Made by a program: the position numbers and the translations under genes. A DNA stretch of 64,000 bases. Source: Paraspadella gotoi (Eukaryota; Animalia; Chaetognatha). The DNA lies in the NCBI GenBank assembly GCA_051294375.1, contig CM119271.1:738721-802720 (forward strand), written 5' to 3'. The notes beneath the pieces were generated by a model that was not told the DNA's origin, searched no databases, and worked only from the letters and a program-made list of their open reading frames with translations. Positions 1 through 10,923 of the stretch are shown one piece after another; position 1 is the first letter of the stretch; every line of letters starts with the position of its first letter.

Positions 1-2946
1 GGCCGAGGTGGAAGAGGCGGGCGGGGTGGTATGAAAGGTTACCATCAAGAACGCCCAGAAGACGCGGATGACAATGAAGGAGCATCTTTTCGTCACCCTC
101 GGGGTTTGAAAGGGAAGGAGATAGGATTATGGTACGCCCGTCAAAATCGCCCTCCAAAAAACATGACGCCGGAAGAAACCGCCGAGTGGCAGTCGGGAAA
201 GGCCAACCGGCAAAAAAGAAGGGAAGAGCGTCAAGAGACGCGGACTCGAATCGGCGTCGACTTGACATCCTTTCAAAAGACGCTCGTCCGCGACGCCCTC
301 TCCGCTTTCGCCGGTTCAAACGAAAACCCGTCCCCGCGAGTCGCCTTCGCCCCAAAAACGTTCGTCGATGAGGATTCCTGGTTCTCTCGTCGACCGCTAG
401 AGAGAGACGCGGCGTTGGACTCTCGTCTAAAGGCCGACTTGGAGCGGATGGAGAAAAGCTCTTCTTACGAGGATTTCCTGGACTTTCGCCGCCGACTTCC
501 CGTCTTCGAAAAGCGAGATGAAGTGATGCAGATCGTGGACAGCGACTCGCGCGTCTGCGTCGTTTCCGGCGCCACCGGCTCAGGGAAGACGACTCAGATT
601 CCGCAATTCATCCTCGATGAAGCGTTGCGTCGGGGCGACGGCTCTGTCACCAAAGTAGTTTGTACTCAGCCGCGACGAATCTCCGCCATTTCCATAGCGG
701 AACGCGTCGCAGCTGAGAGAGGAGAATCCTTTCCCACGGGAAACAAGAACAAGAAGAGAGTCGAGGGTAGCGTGGGCTATCAGATCCGCCTCACCAGCGT
801 CATTCCCAGGCACGAAGGCAGCATTCTCTACTGCACGACGGGCGTGGTTCTCAAGTGGCTCGAGTCGGATCCCGATCTACGCTGCGTTTCTCACCTCGTT
901 CTGGACGAGGTCCACGAACGCGACCTTCAAACCGACTTCCTCATCATCTGCCTCAGAGAATTGCTGCAGAGGTGCGACCATCTAAAGCTGGTGCTAATGT
1001 CGGCCACGTTGGACGCTCAATTATTTTCATCTTACTTCAACGATTGCCCCACCATCGACGTCCCTGGTCGCCTTTTTCCCGTTGAACGGATCTTGCTGGA
1101 AGATATCGTGGAGTCATTAAATTACGTCCCCCAGCGGCGTGACGGTCGCCGGAGCTTTCAACAGCTAGCGCAATCGCACGGCGGCGGCGCGGAGGGAAAG
1201 TCTCGGGCGAGAAACGAACTCTCTAGACGTCAGAGACTCAAGGAGGGGTTTTGGGAGAGAAAATCGCGAGCGGAACAGGGTCGATACTCTCGAGCGACCA
1301 TGGAGACGATGAAAGAATGGAGCGACGACATCGACTACGAACTCATTCACCTCATTGTGTGTCATGTGATCCGTGAGCGAGAACCAGGCAGTATCCTCAT
1401 CTTCTTGCCAGGTTGGGGGGAGATCAGCAAGTGCAAGTCTATCTTGGAAGGGTCGACCGTAATCGATCCAAGTCGGACTTGGATCATCCCGCTTCATTCC
1501 ATGATGCCCACCTCATTTCAACGGGAGATCTTCAGTCCGTCGCCGACGGGAAAAACTAAAATCGTCATCTCGACCAACATCGCGGAAACTAGCGTCACCA
1601 TCGAGGACGTTGTTTACGTCATTGATTCGGGTCTCCTCAAAGCGACAAGTTACGATCCTGACGCCAGCGTTTCCATACTGGCGCCGGAATTCGTCTCTAA
1701 AGCCAACGCCCGTCAACGAGCCGGTCGCGCCGGTCGCGTTCGTCCGGGGTTTTGCTTTCACCTTTTCTCCAGCTTCACGGAGGAATCTTTGAGCGAATAT
1801 CTCAAACCAGAAATGCTAAGGACGCCGCTCGAATCCGTCTGTTTACAGATCAAAGTTCTGCGTCGCGGCGACGCCTTCTCGTTCTTAAGCCAAGCGTTGA
1901 ATCCTCCATCGCCTGCCGTGGTGAAGCGCGCTGTGAAAAATCTTCGCCGCATGAATGCCCTCGACGATGAGGAAGGCATCACCACGCTAGGGTATCATTT
2001 GGCGCGGATGAATGTGGATCCGCACGCGGGAAAGATGATCCTCTACGGCGCCCTCTTCCGCTGCTTGGATCCAGTACTCACCATCGCCGCCTCCCTCGGT
2101 TATCGCGACGCCTTCGTGACACCGCTGGGGAAGGAGAAGGAGGTCGACGATGCCCGATGTCGCCTTGCCTGCGGATCGATCTCCGATCACGTTATGCTCT
2201 ACAACGCCTTCACCGGATGGGACTCGATCCCACAACGCGCCGCCAAAGCCGATTACGTGTGGAACAACTTTCTCGCTCCATCCATTCTCAACATGCTCAA
2301 AGATATGAAGAGGGACTTTGCGGAGAATCTCTGCGCCGCTGGATTTTTGGAATCCAGCGACATGGGCGATCCTCGCGCTAATCAAAACTCGGCCAACGTT
2401 AATTTGGTTAAAGCGATCGTCTGCGCCGGACTCTACCCGCAAGTGGCGCGACTCGGCAAGAAGAATTACGAAAGGCGATCGAAGGCCCCGCGAAAGGCTA
2501 TCGTCGTCACCGACGCCGCGGAGAATCGTCGCGTCGCCTTCCTGCACATGAAGTCTTCCTTAACCAAGGTGGAGCGATTTAAGAGTCCATGGATCGTCTA
2601 CCACCAACTAATGATCACCTCCAAGTCGTACATTTTCGATGCCACCATGGTCTCCCACTTCCCCCTCCTCTTCTTCGGCGGGAAGATCGAAAAGCGCGTG
2701 GAGTCGGGCGGCGAAGTAGTCGTTGTCGACGAATGGATCAAGTTTTGGGCGCGTCACTCCATCGCCGACGACTTCGTCCGGTTACGATCGGCACTGGACG
2801 AGATACTTGCGCGGAAGATCGACTCTCCTCGTCTCGTCTCTTGGTCGCGGGAAGAGTCCGCCCTCGTCGACGCTATTGTCGCTATCATCGCTTCCGATTC
2901 TACGCTCAACGATCTGATGGACGAGACTTTTTCGGGAGACGAATAA
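1..2946 (+). CDS. DHX36: DEAH-box G-quadruplex helicase DHX36/RHAU; single exon in window, probably 5'-partial
   Basis: The frame is open from base 1 (GRGGRGGRGG precedes the Met at 31), so the true start may lie upstream. It contains the DHX36-specific motif HPRGLKGKEIGLWYA, Walker A GATGSGKTTQ, TQPRRISA, DEVH, SAT, STNIAETS, QRAGRAGR and an HA2/OB-like C-terminus. Stop TAA at 2944-2946. Confidence 0.95.
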   Translation, partial: GRGGRGGRGGMKGYHQERPEDADDNEGASFRHPRGLKGKEIGLWYARQNRPPKNMTPEETAEWQSGKANRQKRREERQETRTRIGVDLTSFQKTLVRDALSAFAGSNENPSPRVAFAPKTFVDEDSWFSRRPLERDAALDSRLKADLERMEKSSSYEDFLDFRRRLPVFEKRDEVMQIVDSDSRVCVVSGATGSGKTTQIPQFILDEALRRGDGSVTKVVCTQPRRISAISIAERVAAERGESFPTGNKNKKRVEGSVGYQIRLTSVIPRHEGSILYCTTGVVLKWLESDPDLRCVSHLVLDEVHERDLQTDFLIICLRELLQRCDHLKLVLMSATLDAQLFSSYFNDCPTIDVPGRLFPVERILLEDIVESLNYVPQRRDGRRSFQQLAQSHGGGAEGKSRARNELSRRQRLKEGFWERKSRAEQGRYSRATMETMKEWSDDIDYELIHLIVCHVIREREPGSILIFLPGWGEISKCKSILEGSTVIDPSRTWIIPLHSMMPTSFQREIFSPSPTGKTKIVISTNIAETSVTIEDVVYVIDSGLLKATSYDPDASVSILAPEFVSKANARQRAGRAGRVRPGFCFHLFSSFTEESLSEYLKPEMLRTPLESVCLQIKVLRRGDAFSFLSQALNPPSPAVVKRAVKNLRRMNALDDEEGITTLGYHLARMNVDPHAGKMILYGALFRCLDPVLTIAASLGYRDAFVTPLGKEKEVDDARCRLACGSISDHVMLYNAFTGWDSIPQRAAKADYVWNNFLAPSILNMLKDMKRDFAENLCAAGFLESSDMGDPRANQNSANVNLVKAIVCAGLYPQVARLGKKNYERRSKAPRKAIVVTDAAENRRVAFLHMKSSLTKVERFKSPWIVYHQLMITSKSYIFDATMVSHFPLLFFGGKIEKRVESGGEVVVVDEWIKFWARHSIADDFVRLRSALDEILARKIDSPRLVSWSREESALVDAIVAIIASDSTLNDLMDETFSGDE

Positions 2947-3161
2947 GATGTTTTAGATTTAGTACTGTTGTTGTCAAATAGAAACAAAACTTCAAGTTCG
3001 TGCCAATTCATTAGCTATTTTGTTACTATTCGTTTTAACTCGTCGTTTTTATTCTGGTGCAATTAATTTCAAGTTTTATCACTTTGTTTAAAAAATTCTT
3101 CAGATGATGATTTTCCATGTTAAGTGATGGATTTGACCTTCTGAGGCGCAAATGACGTTCA

Positions 3162-5055
3162 ATGTCAATTAGGAACCGAATCTTTCGGGTTTTCAAACGC
3201 GCGACTCAGACAATCGTCATTCTCTCCTCCGCCCCCTTGGCCTACGAACTATACGAGAATGACTTCGACTATAAACACTTGGGTTTGGTGCGGATGGGGC
3301 GTGCCGGTCTCGCCGCCGTCGCTGTCGCCGTCGACTACAAGTACCACTTACAACTCCACAAAGACTTGGCGGCCGACTCTGCCGAGTGGGCCGAGATAAA
3401 GGGCGCCATCCATCAGCGCTCCGCCGACCGCCTTCTCCGTATGTGCAGCGCCAACGGCGGCGCCTTTATCAAAGTCGGCCAGCACGTGGGCAGCTTGGAA
3501 TACCTCTTGCCGACGCAGTACGTTCGAACGTTCAAAGTTCTGCACAGTCACGCGCCTCAGTCGCCGCTGCAAGATCTCTTCCGCGTCGTGCGCGAGGAAC
3601 TCGGCCGAGATCCCGTCGAACTCTTCCGCTTCTTTAGCCCCGAGCCTCTGGGCACCGCTTCATTGGCGCAGGTACACAAAGCCGTGCTCTTTGACGGTCG
3701 TGTCGTCGCCGTGAAAATTCAACATCCCCGCGTCAAGCAGCGCTCCGACATCGACATGCTCACGATGGAGATTCTTCTCAACTGCGTCGCCTACGTTTTT
3801 CCCGAGTTCGAGCTGCTCTGGCTCGCCGAGGAGACGAAGAAGAACTTGCCCTTGGAACTAGATTTTCTCCACGAAGGTCAAAATACGGAGAAGTTGGCCC
3901 GGATGTTTCGCGATGTCTGCTTTTTGAAAGTCCCGCAGATTCATTGGGACTTGTCAACGGATCGAGTCTTGACGATGGAGTTTTGTCCGGGCGGACAAGT
4001 CGACGATCTAGGATACATGAAGAGCAATTGCATTCCTGTAGAGGAGGTCGGTAGGATAGGAGGGGCAATATTTAGAGAAATCCCTGTGATTATTTTTTTT
4101 TATTGACATTATAAATTTATGGAAATCTTTTGTTGAATGTAATTTTCAAATCAACCATTTTGCTTCGCATATTATGTTAAACGTTGTGTGAAACAATAAT
4201 TGGTTTTACTTCCTAATTATTTCATTTTATGAAGAAAGTCCATTAAGTATTTTTTGAGAATGATAGGGTGGTCGAATTTTATCCGAATCGCGGCCATTTG
4301 ATTTCACACCCCATCTTTTCCCCCCCTTAGGTGACGCGCAAGCTGGGGGAGATCTACTCCCGAATGATCTTTCGCCACGGGTTCGTCCACTGCGACCCTC
4401 ATCCGGGCAACGTGCTCGTTTGCCGCGAGGAAGACGAAGTCAAGATCGTTCTACTCGATCACGGACTTTATCAGGTTTTGTGAATTTTGGTGAATTTACT
4501 TGCCAATTACATGAAAAACATGATCATTTCCGATTTTTTGTTCAGACTCTTACGGACGATTTCCGCACGGACTACGCCAAGCTCTGGTTGGCGTTAATCG
4601 CCGGCGACGTGGAGCGCATTAAGACGCAAGCGGCGCGTCTCGACGCCAGCGACATGTACGGCCTCCTCGCCTGCGTCGTCGCCGGGAGATCCTGGGAGTC
4701 GATCCAATCTGGCGTCGGCTCGACGGAGAAGTCGAACGCGGAGATGTCGGAGATCGCCGACTACGCGGGCAAACTCGTCGTCGACATCGCCAAGCTGCTC
4801 AACCGCGTCCCCCGGCAGCTGCTGCTGATTTTTAAGACCAACGACCTGCTGCGCGGAATCGAGGCGTCCCTCTCCTCGCCTCCCTCCGCCTCCTCCTTCC
4901 TCTCCATGTCCCGATTTTGCCTCCGTGCAGTCGAGGAGGACGAGAAGAAGTTGGGCTGTGGGTTCGGACACTGGGTCGGCACCAGCGCCTCCACCAGATG
5001 GCAATTAGCCAAGATCTCCGTATACGAGTGGTTGCTCTGGATTAGGGGTCAATGA
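3162..5055 (+). CDS. ADCK1: aarF/ABC1/UbiB-family atypical kinase, ADCK1 type (~512 aa, 3 exons)
   Basis: Exons 3162-4046, 4331-4474 and 4546-5055 join in frame across GT-AG introns. Motifs: GGAFIKVGQH, PLGTASLAQVH, VAVKIQHP, LPLELDF, GFVHCDPHPGN, LLDHGLY, LLLIFKTNDLLRGIE. Confidence 0.92.
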
Positions 5056-5378
5056 CTCGAATCTTCAGTTGCAGTCAAAAAATATCTCTTAAGTACATTC
5101 AGTGAATCAACGTTCGTCAAAATTGGCCGCTGTATTTTTAATTTCCTATATATTTGTTTTCCCGATGAATCCCAATTAGTCAAATTACAAGTTTATCATC
5201 AAAAGAGTATTTTTTTACTCGTGCCGTTATACCTTTACAGCATATCTTGTTTCCGAATGTAATTCGATTTCGACGTTGGAAAAAGAACCTTTCGTTAACA
5301 TGCGCCATAAATCGTGACGACTAGACAATAGAACGAGCTCAAACTAGACTACAAGAAGTAAAAAAAACAAAACAAAAC

Positions 5379-8300
5379 ATGGGGTCGTTTTTATCCCGTT
5401 TTCGCAAGAAAAAGGAGATCGTAGAGCAGTTGGAGGAACTGGACGCGCAGATCAAAACCTGTATCAATTTCCGGCTGGAGAATCAGGAGAGTCAGCGGAG
5501 ATGGGTCGGCAGGTGCACGCTTTGGGGCCTCATTGCCTACGCCGCCCTCGCACTCCTCTACTACCTTATGTATTTTCCCGAGGCGTGGGTAAGTCGGGTG
5601 GGGGGGGGAATTTGGCAATTGGCTGACAACGGGGGAAGTATATACCCCCCCCCCTCCCCAGATTGAGCGCGTGGTCTACTCCGCCCTCCTTATCTTCGTC
5701 CCTTTCCTGCTGCTGCTGGCGTCGCGGCGGACGCTGACGTGGTACTACGCCCGACGAATCACCTCCAACGAGGAGAAGTTGCTGCGGCTAAAGGAAGAGA
5801 AGGATAGCATTCTAGAGGATGTCATGGAGACGGAGACCTACAAGAAGGCTAAGGAGATCTTGGAAAAGTTCGACCCGGGACGGCATAAGGTTTAAAGGGG
5901 GCCTGGGGATTGACTGTCTCATGGGTCTTTCGGGGGGGTGAATAGTCTGAAAATGAAATTATTTTTTTTGGACTTAAGCCAACTTGTCATTAAATACATG
6001 AAAACATGAATCTTGTTTATCAAAGAAGAGATTTCAATATAAAAAAACTTAATTTTCTCTCCATTTTTAGGCCATGACACCTCCGCGCGCTCAGACACCC
6101 AAAACACCGGCGCCCGAAACTCTTGGCTCCGAGCTCCGTCTGAGAAAAGGGGAAAAGGTCGTCTCTGCTTTGAAGGCGCCCGTCGCCCCACCGGCGCCGT
6201 CTTCCGCGGTGCAGGCTATTGGACCGGCGCCAGGGACGCCGTTTGCCGTTACTCAAAGTGAGTTTTCGATTTTCTTTAGTAGCCTACGTGTTCTTTTCAA
6301 ATTATCTAATAATACAGGGTAGTGATTCAAAACTTAGAAAATCCGTATCACTCCATCCTTTTTTTTTAGTCGGTCCGCCCCCTCAATCTTATCGGGCATT
6401 AACTTATATCATGTCAGAATATCCAATAATGATAAATTATGCCAAAAAAAAAGATGTCCGACATTATCCGTCCGTCCATCCGTTTGTCCGTCTGTCTGTC
6501 CATCCCACCTAAGCAAAAAACTCCACTTACTCGTGATTGGATGGATGGATTAGAATGAAATTTTGTGCCTGAGGATAGGGAAGTGTTGTGACTGAGCTGG
6601 ATATGAAGTTTTGATGGAATCGTGGCGAGTGGAAATGAGTTTAAATGGAAAAAACAAAAAAATATATTTCAATATTTGAACGCCAAGTTACTCATGAGTG
6701 GATAGGGCGATTGACTTGAAATTTTGTATATGATTAAGCTGGAAATAAAGTTTTGATGAAATTGTCTTAAGTGAAACAATATTTTTCTTGAAACAACAAT
6801 TTTATTTTATTTCGGTTCAGATTTCGAGCCTTCATCAGCATTTGAAAACCACAAATAATTTTTCACAAACATTGAGTTGGTGAGAAAGAGAGAGAGAGAG
6901 AAAGGAGAGAGTTTCCAACAAAGAATTGAGTAAAGGAAAGTGGTTAGATGTGAGGACAGGTTGAGGACAGAGGTGAAGAGAGAGTGACTTTGAAATTGGT
7001 CAAAAAGAGATGGAATTGTCTGAGTGGAAATGAGTTTAAATGGAAAAAACAAAAAACCTGTTTCACTAATTGATTATGCTTCTTTTTCTTTTTATATTAA
7101 ATGTAAATGCAAGATGTATTAATTAATCAAATAAATAATAAGTTAATTAATCAATTAGTAAATTAATTAATAGATTATTAATCAGTCAATAATCAAACAT
7201 TTAATTATTCAATCAATTTATTTATCAATTAATTACTTATTTAATCAATCAAGTTATTGTTAACGTCATTATTGTTGTCGTCGCCATCGTCATCGCCGTT
7301 GCTTTTGTTTCTGATCAGTGTTCAACAATCATTTTGAATCAAAATAATTAATTAATTGCCCAATTAATTAATTAATTAATTAATGATCGTGGGCATATCC
7401 GACATTGTTTGCTCAAACCTGTTTATTTTGTGACGCATCTGGTGCATCTGGTGCATCTGCTCTTCATTGCTCAGATATGGTTTACCCTTGTCTAGGCTAT
7501 CAATATTTTGGTTAAAAGGCATATGGGTCCCCCCCTTTAAAACGTCCTACTTAGCACAGTTAAGGGGAATTTGATATGGATACCATGATGGAAAAAAAAT
7601 TGTCGCGGTTTGGAAAAGTCGGTTAATTTTATTGTCAAATATATCTTTTGGCCGTTAAATAAGTTTTAATATGTAATATGACTTCCCAAAGACTAAATAA
7701 ATATATTATTTCCTAACAGCATAAAATGATTTATTGCATACAATTACTTCCAAAATAGGTTGTCTCTAACTGTTTTCACCTCCTTTTGATCAAAAGGACT
7801 ACTTATATTATTATTAATATTATATCTCTGATATAATATTTTTTATCAGATTTTGAGCAAAAAATGGTCTTTAAAAGGATTAATCCCTTATAAAGTTAAC
7901 CAGGCTTGAGTTATTGCTGCATAATGTAATATGCATTGTTTTTCCCTTCAACAAAATTGTTTATATTTTTTTTTAGGGACTTGTTTAATACTTCGTTCTG
8001 ATAATACATCCAGAGGTAAATAAAAATGATAACTTTGCTCACAGAAAGGTTACCCGGAGTCTTATAACTTTTGATATTTCACAATAGAAAAAAAATATTC
8101 TGGAGTATTTACAGCATCAATGTATTTTTAATATCGTTCTTTTTTTGATATATGAATTTAGATTCATCCCTGAATCTATCTTAATGGAGATGATGCAATA
8201 ACCATTTGACATAAGATTGAGAAAAAGCAGGGATTTTTAATAGTAATGGTTTAACTCAAAAAGTAATAAAAAAGAACCGGAAATTAATATAAATAAAAAG

Positions 8301-10923
8301 TATAGATATGAAAAAGATAAAAAAGGAATCATTTTTTGGACATCTCATTTTTTTTGCATAGAACTCTTGTATTTTTTGTAATACGTAACGCCTTATCCAC
8401 ACTGGATCACGTCGGGCTCACCAGTGTGGATAAGGCGCTACGTGGGCTGAAGATGACTGTCCGTAACTTCTATAACCCCCTCTAGCAGCCATGGAACGGG
8501 TCCCTGGGCTTGGAACCAGGCTTGAAGGTTTACCATGCCCCCAAGGCGGCTTACGGCCCTCCTCACGCTTCTCGCAGGGTAGGTACCGGGTTGGGATTGA
8601 ACCCGGTACCTAGTGGTCATGAGCTGATGGCTTTACTCAATGAGCCACCGGGTCACAACTGAAAGTGTCATGATTCTAGGCGGGGTGAACCTAGGCAATG
8701 CCCGACTACAAATAAGATACAGCTCATATGAATCATAAAAGTTTTTTTTATCTAAATTTTATTTTTTGATTCTTATATTAAAATTCTGAAAAATAGCTGG
8801 AAAGTAACCGGGACAATTTTTTTTCCTATCATGGTAAAATCAAGCCTCAAAATCAAAATGTTATTGCATCAGAAATCTTAATTTTTTCAGCTGTACTTTA
8901 TTGTTTACCTTTGTTACAGGCATACATACTAAACCCAAGGGTATTGGCTTTTCATAAATGTCAAGAATCTACTCTATAGTAAACTGCAGCAATGGTTTTG
9001 AGCCCAGTAGCAAAAATATAAGTACTTTTTTCTATCTGATGCTGCAGTAAATTGCATTATGCTATTAACTTTTTTTTTTATACATAGTCCCAACTACATT
9101 AATGGTCACTACGGTGTGAACTTGGTTTTTGTTTGGTTTTAATAATCAAAAATAACTTCTCAAACTGCTGCAGCTTAATGGCCCTAAGGTAATAAAAATA
9201 AGATTTCCCAGTAAATATTTCTAAATTGAGTTCATTTGCTCCTTTTAGAATTTTCCTTGTAGCATAGAAAGGAGCTACCAGCAAGAAAATTGTTCACTTT
9301 GGGTTTGCTTGCAGCACCCTCATAAATGGCTCTAATCGACCGGACTATTCTTAATAACCTTCTTAAAGTTCTTATTAATATAACATACTGCTAGGGAATG
9401 CTAACATATTTTAGTAGTGGTTTTAAGCTGAAATCCGGCGCGAAGCAAATTCAACCTATGTTGCATTCTTCTCGATACTATAGTGCAAGCATCAAAAAAT
9501 AAAACCTCTATCAAAGAGAGAAACCATCAGTGCTTATTTTGATGTATTATAAATATAGTGAAAAGGTTTTAAATAATTTCTACAACGATTTATTTTTTAA
9601 TAAAAACGGACATGTTTCGGCTTTTAGTTTGCAAGCCTTCATCAGCGTTAACAGTTGTGATTTTACAAGCAAATTATGTGCAAAAGAAGAGAGAGGGATT
9701 GAGAGAGAGAGGGCAGAAAGGTTTTCAACACAGAGTTGATAAAGGACAGTGGTCAGAGGTGAGGGCAGGTTGAACGTAAGGACAGATAGTGAGTTTTTGA
9801 AAAGAAAATGGTCAGAGAAAGAGAGAAATGTCCAAACGCAACGAAAAAGAAAGGATCATATACAATGTATTATAAAATATAATTAAATGATTATTTGCCA
9901 TTGAAATATAATGGTAAATTTCATTCTAAATTTTAAATCTCGACCCTGTACATATTACAAATTTTTCGTTTCTAAAATTTAAGGTTCGAACGGAATGATT
10001 TTGCGTCCTCCAAGCAACACGCCGATTCGTCCAATGACTCCGGGGACGTTTAGGCATCAAACTCCGCGACCTCCGATGACCAATCTTACGCCGAGAGGTT
10101 CGGCCTATTCGTCGACGATTAAATTGGATCAAAGATCAAATTTTAACCAAAAATCTTTCCCGCCCTCCCAAGCTCTTATCATGCCCTCGACCAACCGGCC
10201 GCCCGTGCTTCCCCGACCCGTTTTGCCCTCGGAACGCGGGATCCTCGATCGCATGGTGGAATACTTGGTCGGCGACGGTCCCTCGAACCGCTACGCCCTC
10301 GTCTGTCGGAGATGCAACCGTCACAACGGGATGGCGTTGAGGGAAGAGTTCGAGTATCTCTCCTTCCACTGCGCCTACTGTTACTTTCTCAATCCTGCTA
10401 AGTCAGTCTTTTGCGTATGATGTTTCCCGATTTTTAGATGACCTAACCTCATCTTAAATTAATCTTTAATTAAAACTCCCCCCTTTCCAGAAGAAAACGG
10501 CCGAGCGCCCCTCGTCTTCCAGAGTCGAACCCGGCGTCGGCCCGCGAATCGGAGGCCGACTCCGAAGCCGAGTCCATCTCCAGTCCGCCGCCGAGACCTT
10601 TGAGGCCGGCCGGATCTCTCGGAGCCAACTCGCCGCTCGACAGGCCGGCCGTCGACGAAGGAGTTGACGAGGTTGAGGAGTCGTCGCCGAGGGAGGAAAC
10701 TGCGCTAAGGTCGGCTGAGTCGGAATCCCTGACAAAGGATATCGAAGAGGAAAACAAACTCGAAATGGAGGACGGAGAGGAAGATGCGGAAGCTGCTTCG
10801 TCGGAAGCGTCTGATGCTCCTCCAGAGGCGGCCAACAAAGCCACGGAGAAAGAGTGGATTAAAAAGATTAAAGATAACGAAGGTGCGACTAAAGCGGAAG
10901 CCGAGGAACCCATTGAAACGTAA
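5379..10923 (+). CDS. LNPK: ER junction formation protein lunapark (~466 aa, 6 exons)
   Basis: Exons 5379-5588, 5662-5889, 6071-6257, 9984-10097, 10173-10401 and 10491-10923 join in frame. Features: myristoylation-type start MGSFLSRF, two hydrophobic segments, VMETETYKKAKEILEKFD, LDRMVEYLVGDGPSNRYALVCRRCNRHNGMA...FHCAYCYFLNPAK zinc finger, and an acidic tail. Confidence 0.93.
6368..7423. mobile_element. Helentron-associated/DINE-1-like non-autonomous element, family B
   Basis: Starts GTCGGTCCGCCCC..TCGGGCATT, carries a (GTCY)n tract and ends ATCCGACATTGTTTGCTCAAACCTGTT. It is inserted in a T-run without a TSD (empty site visible in the family A copy near 52050-52085). A second copy lies at 37454-40244. 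The superfamily assignment is inferred. Confidence 0.6.
6810..6840 (-). ncRNA. Decayed hammerhead copy
   Basis: Minus strand CTGATGA-AGGCT...ACC-GAAA with stem III lost. It lies in a ~230-bp insertion bounded by an imperfect ~20-bp duplication (GATGAAATTGTCTTAAGTGAAA / GATGGAATTGTCTGAGTGGAAA). Confidence 0.55.
8383..8710 (-). mobile_element. tRNA-headed SINE-like element with terminal hairpin
   Basis: The minus strand reads GACCCGGTGGCTCATTGAGTAAAGCC...GGGTTCAATCCC (A and B boxes). A 17-bp perfect stem CGCCTTATCCACACTGG/CCAGTGTGGATAAGGCG lies at about 8389-8437. A second copy is at 54838-55097. Confidence 0.7.
9558..9864 (-). mobile_element. Short hammerhead-containing retroelement (retrozyme or Penelope-like terminal-repeat type)
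   Basis: Flanked by ATGTATTATAAATATA (9542-9557) and ATGTATTATAAAATATA (9865-9881). It contains an intact hammerhead and a GA/CT-rich body shared with about 6777-7006. Confidence 0.7.
9605..9649 (-). ncRNA. Minimal type I hammerhead ribozyme (intact core)
   Basis: Minus strand: AACG-CUGAUGA-A-GGCUU-gcaaacuaa-AAGCC-GAAA-C-AU-G-UC^CGUU. Stem I is AACG/CGUU, stem II is GGCUU/AAGCC, stem III is the palindrome ACAUGU, and the cleavage triplet is GUC. Confidence 0.85.

Larger units (their letters stand above)
6315..9948. mobile_element. Non-autonomous TIR element, TA TSD (Tc1/mariner-like termini), family A, in lunapark intron 3
   Basis: TA|CAGGGTAGTGATTCAAAACTTAGAA at the left end and TTCTAAATTTTAAATCTCGACCCTG|TA at the right end. 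Internal blocks match the inverted copy at 48217-52116. No transposase ORF. Confidence 0.75.

Noticed and set aside
580-3011. Antisense and alternate-frame ORFs overlapping DHX36 (similar ones overlap ADCK1 and GW182)
   Set aside because: They are shadow ORFs expected from GC-rich codon usage and show no recognisable motifs.
8620-8672. CTGATGG...GAAA hammerhead-like motif on the + strand
   Set aside because: The core is CUGAUGG rather than CUGANGA and there is no proper stem II/III. It is the antisense of the tRNA-like SINE head.
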